In this document: positions 38,367 to 48,259 of the stretch, piece by piece
Position numbering within the stretch: position 1 is the first letter of the stretch
Layout of the letters: each line of letters opens with the position of its first letter
NCBI GenBank assembly: GCA_016937935.1
Contig: JAFGVO010000264.1
Coordinates: 1-48,259, forward strand
Reading direction: 5' to 3'
DNA: 48,259 nucleotides
From: Deltaproteobacteria bacterium
GTDB lineage: Bacteria; Myxococcota_A; Polyangia; JAAYKL01
Made by a program: the position numbers and the translations under genes
Notes under the pieces: model-generated
Told to the model about the DNA's origin: nothing
Database searches by the model: none
Seen by the model: only the letters and a program-made list of their open reading frames with translations

Positions 38367-39671
38367 TTATCTTCTTCCTCTAATTCTGGCACCTTTAGGA
38401 CCTGTGAATCCATCATAATGTCTTGTGATTAAGTGAGATTCAATTTGCTGAGCAGTATCTAAAGCTACACCAACAACAATCATAAGACCAGTACCACCAA
38501 GATAAAAAGGAATATGAAATTGAGTAATCATAAATGAAGGCAGAATACAAACAGCAGCAACATATAATGCACCACCAAAAGTTATCCTGTTCATTACTTT
38601 ATCAATATATTGAGCAGTTCTTTTACCAGGTCTGATGCCAGGAACAAACGCTCCCTGTTTTTTTAAATTATCAGCAACATCAGTTGGTTGAAAAGTTATA
38701 GCTGTATAAAAATAACAGAAAAAGATAATTAGAAGACCATAAATTGTATTATATTGCCATGTACCAAATGCAACGAGAGAATTTAACCAATCCTGATGGG
38801 TAAAGCTTGCAAGTGTATTAGGAAACATAAGAAGAGTTGATGCAAAAATTGGAGGTATAACACCTGCCTGATTAACTCTTAATGGCAAAAATGTTGAATG
38901 ACCTCCATATACTTTTCGACCTACCATTCTTTTGGCATGTTGTATTTGTATACGTCTTTGCCCTCTTTCAAAAAATACTATTGTAGCAACTACTGCAAGT
39001 AGTGCAACAGCAACAAGCATAAGTTGAATTGGATTTAACTGACCTACAGAAGCAGATTTTAAAGTTTGTACAATTGCATCAGGCAGAGCAGCAACGATTC
39101 CGGCAAAAATTATAAGAGAAATACCATTACCAATACCGCGCTCTGTTATTTGTTCCCCAAGCCACATAATAAATGCAGTCCCTGTGGTGAGCGTTAACAT
39201 CGTCATAAAAGTAAATCCCCAGCCTGGATTTAACACAACAATTCCTGAACCTTGATTATTCAAACTTTCAAGGTATCCAGCCATTGCAAATGATTGTATA
39301 AAACTTATAATAACAGTTCCATATCTAGTGTACTGATTTATTTTCTGATTACCAGCTTCACCCTCTTTTCTTAATTCTGCAAGAGTAGGTACAACAGAAG
39401 TCATTAATTGCAGAATAATAGAAGCACTAATGTAAGGCATAATACCCAATGCCATAATTGACAATTGCTCAAGGGCACCACCAGAAAACATGTTAAACAA
39501 CCCCATAAAGGTTCCGGAACTTTTTCTAACAAGTTCTCCCATAACCTCTCTGTCAACGCCTGGTGTTGTAACAAAAATACCTATTCTATACACTGCAAGC
39601 ATTGAGAGTGTATAAAATATTCTTTTTCTTAATTCAGGTATCTTTCCAATATTTGCAATTCCACTTGCCAC
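38367..39671 (-). CDS. secY: preprotein translocase subunit SecY
   Basis: 434 aa with 10 TM segments and [15 protein letters not shown]. It sits in the conserved position after rplO. Confidence 0.96.
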   Translation of the reverse strand: MASGIANIGKIPELRKRIFYTLSMLAVYRIGIFVTTPGVDREVMGELVRKSSGTFMGLFNMFSGGALEQLSIMALGIMPYISASIILQLMTSVVPTLAELRKEGEAGNQKINQYTRYGTVIISFIQSFAMAGYLESLNNQGSGIVVLNPGWGFTFMTMLTLTTGTAFIMWLGEQITERGIGNGISLIIFAGIVAALPDAIVQTLKSASVGQLNPIQLMLVAVALLAVVATIVFFERGQRRIQIQHAKRMVGRKVYGGHSTFLPLRVNQAGVIPPIFASTLLMFPNTLASFTHQDWLNSLVAFGTWQYNTIYGLLIIFFCYFYTAITFQPTDVADNLKKQGAFVPGIRPGKRTAQYIDKVMNRITFGGALYVAAVCILPSFMITQFHIPFYLGGTGLMIVVGVALDTAQQIESHLITRHYDGFTGPKGARIRGRR

Positions 39672-39692
39672 TTTAAAGCCTCAATATTCCGG

Positions 39693-40148
39693 TTATTTTA
39701 ACCCGACAGGTTCAAATGAACCTCCGTTTTTCTCAATTTTAGAAACTGCACCACCTGATGCTTTTTGAACGCGAACAGTTAACTTCTTAGTAAGTTCACC
39801 ATTACCTAGAATTTTAACACCATCTCCAATATTTGAGATAATACCGTGTTTACCTAAGGATTCAAGATCTACTACATCGCCATCTTTAAATACTTCAAGT
39901 TTTTCAACATTGATAATTACCCAATCTTTTTTAAAGATATTTGTAAATCCACGTTTAGGCATTCTACGTTGAAGAGGCATTTGACCACCCTCAAAACCGC
40001 GGGCAATAGAACCACCAGATCTGGATTTCTGACCATTTTGGCCTCTACCAGCTGTTTTACCCCAGCCAGAACCAGGTCCTCTACCAATTCTTTTACGTTT
40101 TTTTCTTGATCCTGCTGGAGGAGCAAGTTTACTTAAAATATCAGACAT
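39693..40148 (-). CDS. rplO: 50S ribosomal protein L15
   Basis: GRGPGSGWGKTAGRGQNGQKSR. The likely start, ATG 40148, overlaps the rpmD stop; the ORF track extends to 40160. Confidence 0.93.
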   Translation of the reverse strand: MSDILSKLAPPAGSRKKRKRIGRGPGSGWGKTAGRGQNGQKSRSGGSIARGFEGGQMPLQRRMPKRGFTNIFKKDWVIINVEKLEVFKDGDVVDLESLGKHGIISNIGDGVKILGNGELTKKLTVRVQKASGGAVSKIEKNGGSFEPVGLK

Positions 40149-40332
40149 CAGCTTCCTCAACTTTTACCAAATGGATTACTTTTTTTATCATTCCACGAAA
40201 AGCCGGTGTATTTTCTATAATTACACTTTTTCCTATTTTAGTCAGTCCAAGTCCTTTTACAACTGCTCTGTTACGACTATTTTGACTGATAAGGCTTCTT
40301 ACCTGGGTTACTTTTAATTTTAAACCAGCCAT
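40141..40332 (-). CDS. rpmD: 50S ribosomal protein L30
   Basis: LKVTQVRSLISQNSRNRAVVKGLGL, 63 aa. Confidence 0.93.
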   Translation of the reverse strand: MAGLKLKVTQVRSLISQNSRNRAVVKGLGLTKIGKSVIIENTPAFRGMIKKVIHLVKVEEADV

Positions 40333-40354
40333 AATTTTATCCTTCCAGGGTAGA

Positions 40355-40873
40355 TTACCTTAAATCTTCTACCTGTTTTCCTCTTCGTTTAGCAACCATT
40401 TGAGCACTTTCAATATTTTTGAGCCCATTAATGGTTGCACGAACAACATTAATAGTTGTGTTGGTACCTAAACATTTAGTTAAAACATTATGAATTCCAC
40501 ATGCTTCAACAACCGCACGCACAGGACCACCTGCAATAACACCAGTACCAGCACTGGCTGGTTTTAAAAGTACGGAACCTGCACCTGCATTACCAATAAC
40601 TTCATGGGGAATTGATCCTTCGATAATTGGAACTTCAAACATGGCCTGTCTTGCTTTAGCATTTCCTTTTCTTATAGCTTCAGGAACTTCACTTGCTTTA
40701 CCATATCCAATTCCAACTTTTCCAGCGCCATCACCAACAACAACCAGAGCTGAAAAATTAAATCTTCTACCCCCCTTAACAACTTTGGCAACCCTATTGA
40801 TATGAATAATTTTTTCAATAAGATCATCGCCTTCTTCCTGAAGTTCCTGCTGTTTTTCGTCTACTTGTGACAT
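40355..40873 (-). CDS. rpsE: 30S ribosomal protein S5
   Basis: [28 protein letters not shown] 40873 (MSQVDEK) lies just after the rplR stop. The ORF-track extension to 40966 overlaps rplR and is rejected. Confidence 0.94.
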   Translation of the reverse strand: MSQVDEKQQELQEEGDDLIEKIIHINRVAKVVKGGRRFNFSALVVVGDGAGKVGIGYGKASEVPEAIRKGNAKARQAMFEVPIIEGSIPHEVIGNAGAGSVLLKPASAGTGVIAGGPVRAVVEACGIHNVLTKCLGTNTTINVVRATINGLKNIESAQMVAKRRGKQVEDLR

Positions 40874-40886
40874 ATCACTTGTACTC

Positions 40887-41240
40887 CTAGAACTGTAACC
40901 CGGCTTCGCGGGCTGCTTCAGCAAGAGCCTTAACTCTGCCATGATAAACAAAGCCGTTTCTATCAAAAACTACTTTGTCAATATTATGTTCAAGACATAT
41001 TTTTGCTACAAGGGCTCCGACTTTTTTAGCCACTTCTGTTTTATTTCCTGAAATATCTTTTAATTCAGGGGATAAAGATGAAGTAGCGAAAAGAGTTTTT
41101 TGCATTTCATCATTTATAACCTGCGCATAAATATGTGATGAACTTCTAAAAACTGTTAGTCTTGGGCGCTCATTGCTACCTTTAACTTTTTTGCGTATTC
41201 TAAGTTTACGCCATTGTCTGATTTCTTCTTTTGTTTTCAT
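40887..41240 (-). CDS. rplR: 50S ribosomal protein L18
   Basis: [20 protein letters not shown] and C-terminal REAGLQF. Confidence 0.95.
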   Translation of the reverse strand: MKTKEEIRQWRKLRIRKKVKGSNERPRLTVFRSSSHIYAQVINDEMQKTLFATSSLSPELKDISGNKTEVAKKVGALVAKICLEHNIDKVVFDRNGFVYHGRVKALAEAAREAGLQF

Positions 41241-41251
41241 CTCAAGTACCT

Positions 41252-41794
41252 CTACTTGACTCCCGCTTTTCCTGCTTTGCGGCGTATTTGTTCATTGGCA
41301 TAACGAATTCCTTTTCCTTTATAAGGTTCGGGTGCGCGAAGTTCCCTTATAGTGGAAGAAATCTGTCCAACGAGCTCTTTGTCAATTCCATTTATAGTAA
41401 AAACCAAACCTTTGTCTTCAACGTCCGCTGAAATTCCTTCAGGAAGAGGAAAGTCAACAGGAGAAGAGTATCCCAAGTGGAATACAAGACTTTTACCTTG
41501 CAAAGCAACTCTGTAACCGACGCCTTCAATCTGTAATTTCTTTTGAAATCCAGTTGAGACACCAGTTACCATATTGTTTACAAGTGATCTAGTTAGACCC
41601 TGGTATGCTCTAGCTCTTTTTTCGCTACCAACTGGTTTAACTATAAGATTAGAGTTTTCCTGTAAAACTTCAACATTTGGAGGTAATACTCTTTCAAGAT
41701 TACCCTTTGGTCCTTTTACGGATATTGAAGTCTTACCTATATTAACCGTTACACCGGACGGAACATTTATTGGCTGTTTGCCTATTCTTGACAT
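41252..41794 (-). CDS. rplF: 50S ribosomal protein L6
   Basis: [17 protein letters not shown]. Confidence 0.95.
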   Translation of the reverse strand: MSRIGKQPINVPSGVTVNIGKTSISVKGPKGNLERVLPPNVEVLQENSNLIVKPVGSEKRARAYQGLTRSLVNNMVTGVSTGFQKKLQIEGVGYRVALQGKSLVFHLGYSSPVDFPLPEGISADVEDKGLVFTINGIDKELVGQISSTIRELRAPEPYKGKGIRYANEQIRRKAGKAGVK

Positions 41795-41820
41795 TTAATC
41801 ACCTATTAACCATCTAAGAA

Positions 41821-42213
41821 TTACCAGATTTCGCAAAGAAGCTCTCCGCCAACAGATAATTGACGTGCTTCTTTATCGGTAATTATACCTTTAGATGTTG
41901 ATAAAATTGTAATACCTAATCCCTGATTTATTTTAGGAATATCTTTTACTCCGGAATATACACGACATCCGGACTTACTGACTCTTTTCATTTTTTTAAT
42001 AGCAAATGAAAATTTATCATCATACTTCAATTCTAAATTTAAAATCTTTTTAACGCCTTCACCTTCTTCAGTAAAATCTGAAATATAACCTTCATCTTTT
42101 AGAATTGAAGCGATTTTAACTTTTAATTTAGAATGTGGTAATGTTGTAGTTTTATGTCTGGCCATGCCAGCATTACGAATTCTTGTTAACATATCTGATA
42201 CGGGATCTAACAT
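41821..42213 (-). CDS. rpsH: 30S ribosomal protein S8
   Basis: DPVSDMLTRIRNA and C-terminal GGELLCEIW. Confidence 0.95.
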   Translation of the reverse strand: MLDPVSDMLTRIRNAGMARHKTTTLPHSKLKVKIASILKDEGYISDFTEEGEGVKKILNLELKYDDKFSFAIKKMKRVSKSGCRVYSGVKDIPKINQGLGITILSTSKGIITDKEARQLSVGGELLCEIW

Positions 42214-42226
42214 AATTTAACCTATT

Positions 42227-42412
42227 CTACCAGCTTGCTTTAATTACACCAGGCAACTCACCTTTATTGGCAAGCGTCCTGAGACAAATTCTACACATAT
42301 CAAATTTTCTATAATATCCTCTAGAGCGACCACAAATAGGACATCTATTCTTAAATCTGACATGAAATTTTGGTTTTTTATCCATTTTAGCGATAAGGCA
42401 TTTTCTAGCCAT
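42227..42412 (-). CDS. rpsN: 30S ribosomal protein S14, type Z (zinc-binding, 61 aa)
   Basis: CPICGRSRG...CRICLR (CxxC...CxxC) and C-terminal KASW. Confidence 0.94.
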   Translation of the reverse strand: MARKCLIAKMDKKPKFHVRFKNRCPICGRSRGYYRKFDMCRICLRTLANKGELPGVIKASW

Positions 42413-42426
42413 TATAAACTCCTAAA

Positions 42427-42978
42427 TTATTTGCTAAAGGGCATTCCAAGATGTTTCAAAAGCATAAAACTTTCTTCGTCACTCTTGGCTGTTGTTACAA
42501 ACGTAATGTTTAAACCCTTAATTTTATCAACTTTATCGTAATCGACCTCAGGAAAAATTATCTGTTCTTTAATACCAACAGAATAATTTCCTCTGCCATC
42601 AAAACCTTTTTTATTGACGCCCTTAAAATCTCTCACGCGGGGAAGTGCATATGAAATAAATCTATCTACAAATTCCCACATTTGATCTTTTCTTAAAGTC
42701 ACTGAACACCCAATAGGCATACCAGCACGAAGTTTGAAATTGGCAATGGCTTTTCTTGCTTTTCTAACAACTGGTTTTTGACCTGTAATTGCCTCAAGTT
42801 CAGTTACCGCAGAGTCAATAATTTTTGAATTTTGAATTGCTTCACCCAAACCCATATTTAATACGACTTTTTGAAGCTTTGGAACCTGCATTGTATTGGC
42901 GTACTTAAACTCTTCCATAAGTTTCGCATGAACAACTTTTTGATATTTATCCCACATCCGGGGCATTGTCTTATCCAT
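42427..42978 (-). CDS. rplE: 50S ribosomal protein L5
   Basis: [23 protein letters not shown] 42978 follows a GGTGGA RBS. The ORF-track start, GTG 42987, lies inside that RBS. Confidence 0.94.
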   Translation of the reverse strand: MDKTMPRMWDKYQKVVHAKLMEEFKYANTMQVPKLQKVVLNMGLGEAIQNSKIIDSAVTELEAITGQKPVVRKARKAIANFKLRAGMPIGCSVTLRKDQMWEFVDRFISYALPRVRDFKGVNKKGFDGRGNYSVGIKEQIIFPEVDYDKVDKIKGLNITFVTTAKSDEESFMLLKHLGMPFSK

Positions 42979-42991
42979 TTTATCCACCTGA

Positions 42992-43300
42992 TTATATTAC
43001 TACACCGGATTTAACACTAACCCGGGATTTTACGCCATCATTACCAACCTGTATACGAACCCTTGTTGGTTTATTAACCTTAGTATCAAGCAACATTACA
43101 TTTGATACGTGAATCGAAGCTTCTACTTCATCAATTTTGCCAGTAGGGTTTCCTTCAGAGGCCTTTAAATGTTTTTTTACAACATTTATCTGCTCAACGA
43201 TTATTCTATCCTTTTTAGAAAGAATTTCTAAAACTTTACCAGTTTTACCTTTGTATTTACCGGCTATAACAATAACTTCGTCATTTTTACGAATCTTCAT
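42992..43300 (-). CDS. rplX: 50S ribosomal protein L24
   Basis: [22 protein letters not shown] (KOW motif). Confidence 0.95.
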   Translation of the reverse strand: MKIRKNDEVIVIAGKYKGKTGKVLEILSKKDRIIVEQINVVKKHLKASEGNPTGKIDEVEASIHVSNVMLLDTKVNKPTRVRIQVGNDGVKSRVSVKSGVVI

Positions 43301-43316
43301 TTTATCACCAATTCTT

Positions 43317-43685
43317 TCAAAGGACTTCAGGAGCCAATGAAACTATTTTCATAAACTTTTTAGCTCTTAATTCCCTGGCAACAGGTCCAAAAATACGTGT
43401 TCCAATCATCTCGTTTTGAGAATTAACAAGGACAGCAGAATTTTCATCAAACCTGATATAGGAACCATCTGCTCTTTTGAGTTCTTTTTTAGTTCTTACA
43501 ATAACAGCTTGTGCAACATCGCCTTTTTTGACTTTAGCATTGGGTATTGTTTCTTTAATCGAAACAGTAATAACATCACCAACAGTTGCATATTTACGTT
43601 TAGAACCACCCCGAACTTTAATACAGAGCAATTTTCTGGCACCAGAATTATCAGCCACATTCAACCTAGTTTCCATCTGAATCAT
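43317..43685 (-). CDS. rplN: 50S ribosomal protein L14
   Basis: [18 protein letters not shown]. Confidence 0.96.
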   Translation of the reverse strand: MIQMETRLNVADNSGARKLLCIKVRGGSKRKYATVGDVITVSIKETIPNAKVKKGDVAQAVIVRTKKELKRADGSYIRFDENSAVLVNSQNEMIGTRIFGPVARELRAKKFMKIVSLAPEVL

Positions 43686-43687
43686 GA

Positions 43688-43948
43688 CTACACCTCTACT
43701 GCTTTACGCACTATTTCAACAAGCATCCAGCATTTTTCTTTTGAAATTGGCGTATGTTCTTTAATTTTAACAATATCGCCCTGTTTACACTCATTTTTTT
43801 CATCATGAGCTTTAAAACGAGAACGTTTAATAACTACTTTTTGATACTTAGGATCTTTAACCCGACGGGATACTTCAACCACAATGGTTTTATCCATTTT
43901 TGCTTTAAATACCTGGCCGGTCATGACTCTTTTGCGTTCATCAGCCAT
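43688..43948 (-). CDS. rpsQ: 30S ribosomal protein S17
   Basis: [16 protein letters not shown]...[15 protein letters not shown], in the conserved position. Confidence 0.94.
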   Translation of the reverse strand: MADERKRVMTGQVFKAKMDKTIVVEVSRRVKDPKYQKVVIKRSRFKAHDEKNECKQGDIVKIKEHTPISKEKCWMLVEIVRKAVEV

Positions 43949-43951
43949 GAC

Positions 43952-44164
43952 TTACTCCTTACCTTCACTGTTAGAAGAATTTTTTCGCTGATTAATAATA
44001 GTATTAATTCTTGCAATCTCTCTTCTGTTTTTTAATAAAGTGCTGCTGTTAGTTAACTGATGAGTCGCATTTTTTATACGCGCTTCAAATAGTTTATTTT
44101 TAGTTTCAATGAGGAGCTCTGACAATTCACTATCAGTTCTTTCTCGTAACTGTTTAGCTTTCAC
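43952..44164 (-). CDS. rpmC: 50S ribosomal protein L29
   Basis: [26 protein letters not shown]. It overlaps rplP by 4 nt. Confidence 0.93.
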   Translation of the reverse strand: MKAKQLRERTDSELSELLIETKNKLFEARIKNATHQLTNSSTLLKNRREIARINTIINQRKNSSNSEGKE

Positions 44165-44577
44165 AATGCACCTCCCCTTTTTATCATTTTAGTAGGTATT
44201 GCAAGTTTATGTGAAGCCATAGTAAATGCTCTTTTAGCATCTTCTTCAGATACACCACTTATTTCATAAAGAACTTTACCTGGTTTAATAACAGCAACCC
44301 ATTCTTCAGGACTGCCTTTACCTTTACCCATTCTTGTTTCTGCAGCAGTTGCAGTTACTGGTTTGTGAGGAAAAAGTCTTATCCACATTTTACCAGTTTT
44401 TTTAACATGACGACTGATTGCCATACGAGCAGATTCAATCTGTCTTGATGTTATCCAGCCACTTCCGAGTGCCTGTAATCCATATTCACCAAAAGAGACA
44501 TCACTTCCACGGTAAGATTTACCACGGTTTTTGCCCTTTTGTTGTTTTCTATATTTTACTCTTGCAGGACTAAGCAT
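44161..44577 (-). CDS. rplP: 50S ribosomal protein L16
   Basis: [19 protein letters not shown]. Confidence 0.96.
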   Translation of the reverse strand: MLSPARVKYRKQQKGKNRGKSYRGSDVSFGEYGLQALGSGWITSRQIESARMAISRHVKKTGKMWIRLFPHKPVTATAAETRMGKGKGSPEEWVAVIKPGKVLYEISGVSEEDAKRAFTMASHKLAIPTKMIKRGGAL

Positions 44578-44588
44578 TATGCCACCTC

Positions 44589-45242
44589 TTAATTACCCTG
44601 TTTTACAAGGGGAGCTTTTTTAAGAACTTCACCTTTAAATATCCAGGTTTTTACACCGATAATACCATATGTAGTATTAGCTTCTGCAAAACCATATTCT
44701 ATATCACCTCTTAGAGTATGCAATGGAACTCTGCCCGCACGATATTTCTCTCTTCTGGACATTTCGGCTCCACCAAGTCTTCCTGCACATTCAATACGAA
44801 TACCTTTTGCTCCGAACTTTAGCGCAGTAGTCAATGACTTTTTCATAGCTCTTCTAAAAGCGACTCGTCGCTCAAGTTGAGTTGCAATATTTTCGGCAAC
44901 AAGCTGTGCATTTGTTTCAGCCTTGCGAACTTCTTGAATTTCAACAAAAACTTCATTTGATGTTAGCTTCTGTAGATCTTTTTTCAAAGTCTCAACACCG
45001 GCACCACGCTTACCAATAATAATACCTGGTCTAGAAGTTTTAATAATAATTTTACATTTATTAGCTGCACGCTCTAAAACAACATCAGCTATACTTGCAT
45101 GTGCAAGTTTTGATGTTACATGTTTTCTAATTTTTAAATCTTCATGTAGCCAGGATGCATATGATTTATCCTGGTACCAAGTTGATTTCCAAGGTCTAAT
45201 AATTCCTAGTCGAAATCCATATGGATGTACTTTTTGACCCAC
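44589..45242 (-). CDS. rpsC: 30S ribosomal protein S3
   Basis: [14 protein letters not shown] and a KH domain. Confidence 0.96.
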   Translation of the reverse strand: MGQKVHPYGFRLGIIRPWKSTWYQDKSYASWLHEDLKIRKHVTSKLAHASIADVVLERAANKCKIIIKTSRPGIIIGKRGAGVETLKKDLQKLTSNEVFVEIQEVRKAETNAQLVAENIATQLERRVAFRRAMKKSLTTALKFGAKGIRIECAGRLGGAEMSRREKYRAGRVPLHTLRGDIEYGFAEANTTYGIIGVKTWIFKGEVLKKAPLVKQGN

Positions 45243-45252
45243 GATAATCCTC

Positions 45253-45594
45253 CTAGCGGATATCTAAAACCACTTTAATGTGGCTTATACCTTTGTTGAT
45301 TCTCGTTGCACGACCCATAGCACGCGGTCTCCAACGTCTCATATTCTTAGTAGGTCCCATATCAACCTGCAATTCTTTGATATAAAGGGATTCTACATCT
45401 AAAGCTGAATCTTGATTCTGTGCATTGGCAACTGCTGATTCAAGTAGTTTTTTTACTGGAATGGCTGCTGCCCTCTTTACAAATGCAAGTGTTTGAATTG
45501 CTCCACTTACATTTTTTCCGCGAACAAGATTTGCCACAACTCTAATTTTTCTTGGCGACATTTTAACATATCGCGCACTAGCTTTGGCTTCCAT
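45253..45594 (-). CDS. rplV: 50S ribosomal protein L22
   Basis: [30 protein letters not shown]. Confidence 0.95.
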   Translation of the reverse strand: MEAKASARYVKMSPRKIRVVANLVRGKNVSGAIQTLAFVKRAAAIPVKKLLESAVANAQNQDSALDVESLYIKELQVDMGPTKNMRRWRPRAMGRATRINKGISHIKVVLDIR

Positions 45595-45732
45595 ATCTCA
45601 CCTTGGGTATTACCCGTTGAAATTATTATACTTTTTATCTTCTATAGCGTATCCGCATTAAAGAACGGAGGTTCTTATCATGCAAGTTTAATACAGTCAA
45701 GAAGAGTTTTAATAAAAAACTAAATTAAAAAT

Positions 45733-46005
45733 TTATTTACCTTTACGGTCACCAGAGTGACCACGAAAGGTACGAGTTGGAGCAAATTCTCCAAATTTAT
45801 GACCGACCATATTTTCTGTTACAAATACAGCAATAAACTTTTTACCATTATGAACTGCAAAAGTTAAACCAACTGCCTCAGGAATTATTGTGGAACGCCT
45901 GGACCATGTCTGAATAACTTTTTTATCATTAATCTCAATAGCTTTTTCAATTTTGACCAGTAGATGTTGATCCACAAAAGGCCCTTTTTTTAGCGATCTA
46001 GCCAT
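45733..46005 (-). CDS. rpsS: 30S ribosomal protein S19
   Basis: [16 protein letters not shown] ... [13 protein letters not shown]. Confidence 0.96.
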   Translation of the reverse strand: MARSLKKGPFVDQHLLVKIEKAIEINDKKVIQTWSRRSTIIPEAVGLTFAVHNGKKFIAVFVTENMVGHKFGEFAPTRTFRGHSGDRKGK

Positions 46006-46017
46006 TATGAGTGCCTC

Positions 46018-46848
46018 TTACTTTCTTTTCTTACGTCTTCTGATTATAAATTTATCAGTTTGACTGTTATTACGAGTTTTATATCCTTTAGTAGGTTTAC
46101 CCCATGGTGTACAAGGCTGTCTACCACCTGCGGAATGGCCTTCACCACCACCCATCGGATGATCTACAGGATTCATAGAAACACCACGAACTTTTGGTCT
46201 TCTGCCAAGCCATCTAATTTTGCCGGCTTTTCCAATTTCAATATTAGCATGTTCAATATTTGAAACCTGACCGATAGTAGCTCTACAATCTACATTAACC
46301 AGCCTGACCTCAGAGGAGGGCATTTTAATATGTGCATAATGATCATCTTTAGCCATAAGTTGTGCACTTGTTCCGGCACATCTAACAAGCTGACCACCTT
46401 TACCTTTTTTAAGTTCCACATTATGTACTAATGTACCAAGTGGAATGAAACGTAAAGGAAGCGCATTTCCTGGTTTAATGTCAGCATGACGACTGGAAAG
46501 AATAGTATCACTGACTTTAATTTTATCCGGAGCCAAGATATATGACTTTTCACCATCTGCATAATGCAATAATGCAATTCTTGCAGAGCGATTGGGATCA
46601 TATTCAATAGCTTTTACAGTTGCCGGCACGCCAATTTTATTACGTTTAAAATCTATTAAACGATAACGACGTTTGTGGCCACCGCCTCTGTGACGACAGG
46701 TAATTCTGCCGTTTGAATTTCTTCCACCTGTTTTTGATAAAGGCATAAGAAGTGATGATTCCGGAGTTGATTTAGTCAGATCTGAATAATCTGAACCGGT
46801 CATACCTCTACGGCCTGCTGATGTTGGTTTATATACTTTAATACTCAT
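46018..46848 (-). CDS. rplB: 50S ribosomal protein L2
   Basis: [15 protein letters not shown] and [13 protein letters not shown]. Confidence 0.97.
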   Translation of the reverse strand: MSIKVYKPTSAGRRGMTGSDYSDLTKSTPESSLLMPLSKTGGRNSNGRITCRHRGGGHKRRYRLIDFKRNKIGVPATVKAIEYDPNRSARIALLHYADGEKSYILAPDKIKVSDTILSSRHADIKPGNALPLRFIPLGTLVHNVELKKGKGGQLVRCAGTSAQLMAKDDHYAHIKMPSSEVRLVNVDCRATIGQVSNIEHANIEIGKAGKIRWLGRRPKVRGVSMNPVDHPMGGGEGHSAGGRQPCTPWGKPTKGYKTRNNSQTDKFIIRRRKKRK

Positions 46849-46852
46849 GGTG

Positions 46853-47146
46853 CTATGCTCCCTCGAAGAATTCTATCTCATCGCCATCATGTAAAGTAAC
46901 AACTGCTTTTTTCCAGTTAGGTCTTTTTCCAACATGACGACCAAGACGTCCGGGTTTTCCTCGCACTATCATGGTGTTTACATCTTTAACATTAACTTTA
47001 AATAATTTTTCTATTGCTGATTTTATTTCAGGTTTAGTAGATTTAAAAGCAACCTTAAAGAAATACTGATTATTCTCTTCTTTTAAAATTTCACCTTTTT
47101 CAGTTAAGACTAAAGGTTTAATTATTACATCATGAAAAGTCTTCAT
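46853..47146 (-). CDS. rplW: 50S ribosomal protein L23
   Basis: 97 aa in the conserved position between rplD and rplB, with an L23-like KPLVLTEKG start. Confidence 0.92.
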   Translation of the reverse strand: MKTFHDVIIKPLVLTEKGEILKEENNQYFFKVAFKSTKPEIKSAIEKLFKVNVKDVNTMIVRGKPGRLGRHVGKRPNWKKAVVTLHDGDEIEFFEGA

Positions 47147-47790
47147 TTGTCTCCGCCTTTCCCTGAGGCAGAAGTTAACGCATCCTGAATCTTAAGAGCA
47201 GCATCTTTTGAAATTACAAGCTGATCATGTTTTAATAAATCATATACATTCAAACCTTCTGGAGGTAAAAATATGTGATTTGAAAGATTTTTTGCGCTAA
47301 TCTTTAAATTTTGATTTTCTTTAGTGTCAACAATTACAGCTTTGCTGGCGCCAATCACTCCAAGTGCTTTAGATAGTTTAGCAGTTTTAATTTCGGAAAA
47401 ATCCAAATTATCAATTACTAAAATCCTATCTTCCTTACAAAATAAGGATAATGCACTTTTCATTGCACCTTTTCTTACTTTTTTAGGCGGCTTAAACTCA
47501 TAAGATCTGGGATGTGGTCCAAACACTGTACCACCACCTCTTTGATTAGGAGCTGTAAGTGTTCCCTGTCTGGCATTTCCCGTACCTTTTTGTCTAAAAG
47601 GCTTCTTACCTCCACCGGCTACCGAATGACGCTCTTTAGTGCTGGCAGTACCTGCACGTTTTTTATTGCGCTGCATCCTTACAACCTCGTGAAGAAGATA
47701 AGTGTTTACCTCAATACCGAAGACGTCATCGCTAAGCTGGATTTCTCCAACGTCTTCATTTTTAAGGTTTTTAACTTTTAAATTCGGCAT
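47143..47790 (-). CDS. rplD: 50S ribosomal protein L4
   Basis: GGGKKPFRQKGTGNARQG hallmark loop. AGTGGAG RBS. Confidence 0.95.
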   Translation of the reverse strand: MPNLKVKNLKNEDVGEIQLSDDVFGIEVNTYLLHEVVRMQRNKKRAGTASTKERHSVAGGGKKPFRQKGTGNARQGTLTAPNQRGGGTVFGPHPRSYEFKPPKKVRKGAMKSALSLFCKEDRILVIDNLDFSEIKTAKLSKALGVIGASKAVIVDTKENQNLKISAKNLSNHIFLPPEGLNVYDLLKHDQLVISKDAALKIQDALTSASGKGGDK

Positions 47791-47850
47791 TTTAATACTC
47801 CACTTAACTGGTTGGTTTACCCAGTATAGTCACTTTCTTTAGGAATTAAA

Positions 47851-48156
47851 TTAACTCCTGATTTCCACATCAACACCAGCACTTAAATCTAATTTCATAA
47901 GTGCATCTAGAGTCTGCTGTGTGGGTTCAACAATGTCTATTAGACGCTTATGAGTACGAATCTCAAATTGCTCACGTGATTTTTTATTCACATGAGGCCC
48001 ACGTAAAACAGTATATCTATTAATACGTGTTGGCAGTGGGATTGGACCTGCTACTGATGCGCCGGTTCTTTTTGCTGTATCCACAATTTCAGATGAGGAT
48101 GCATCTAATAATTTGTGGTCATACGCTTTTAATCTGATTCTAATTTTATTGGCCAT
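47851..48156 (-). CDS. rpsJ: 30S ribosomal protein S10
   Basis: [21 protein letters not shown] 48156 lies 17 nt after the tuf stop. The ORF-track extension to 48177 would overlap tuf. Confidence 0.95.
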   Translation of the reverse strand: MANKIRIRLKAYDHKLLDASSSEIVDTAKRTGASVAGPIPLPTRINRYTVLRGPHVNKKSREQFEIRTHKRLIDIVEPTQQTLDALMKLDLSAGVDVEIRS

Positions 48157-48173
48157 GTTTTTGATGTCTCCAA

Positions 48174-48259
48174 TCACTCAATAATTTTAGAAAGAACACC
48201 TGCACCAACTGTGCGGCCACCTTCGCGGATTGCGAAACGCATTCCATCTTCCATGGCAA
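48174..48259 (-). CDS. tuf: elongation factor Tu, 3' end only (truncated by window edge)
   Basis: Hand translation of the minus strand gives ...[27 protein letters not shown] then a stop (TGA at 48174-48176), which is the conserved EF-Tu C-terminus. Confidence 0.9.
   Translation of the reverse strand, partial: AMEDGMRFAIREGGRTVGAGVLSKIIE

Overview
This is a contiguous AT-rich bacterial chromosome segment, probably from an anaerobe. I saw no rRNA, tRNA, CRISPR array, integrase or transposase by eye.

Layout:
- 210-2126 (+): dnaK.
- 2.2-2.4 kb: a noncoding array of a GC-rich 17-28 nt repeat.
- 2.5-15.2 kb (+): one tightly packed cluster. It runs rex, hydC/hydB/hydA (NuoE-like, NuoF-like and catalytic subunits of a trimeric, bifurcating-type [FeFe]-hydrogenase), a HydS-type sensory hydrogenase fused to a histidine kinase, a CheY-like receiver, a receiver-kinase hybrid, hydG, an aspartate-ammonia-lyase-like gene, and hydF. 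No hydE is present.
- 15.2-22.2 kb: an accessory-looking block. It holds a GC-rich secreted lipoprotein with Myxococcus-type Cys-rich repeats and a fibro-slime/PA14-like domain, a rubrerythrin-like diiron protein, a Wzx/MOP flippase, a Stealth-family hexose-1-phosphoryltransferase and a TagF-like transferase.
- 22.5-48.3 kb (all on the minus strand): a Na+-pumping biotin decarboxylase (oadG-oadA-oadB), a CPA1 Na+/H+ antiporter, a small membrane protein, a DUF3516-type DEAD/DEAH helicase, fmt, def, a 628-aa receiver-like/DUF4388-like/J-like protein, and the alpha-spc-S10 ribosomal superoperon from rplQ to rpsJ with the 3' end of tuf.

Most noteworthy:
- The candidate cytoplasmic H2-sensing phosphorelay, which has no output domain in cis.
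- The maturase set with an aspartase-like gene and no hydE.
- A Ser at the H-cluster Cys position of HydA motif L1.
- The unexplained GGCCTCCGTCCGGATAT repeat family, which reappears upstream of the rubrerythrin-like gene.
- The absence of rplC between rpsJ and rplD.

All calls rest on reading the translations and the sequence by eye. No searches were run.
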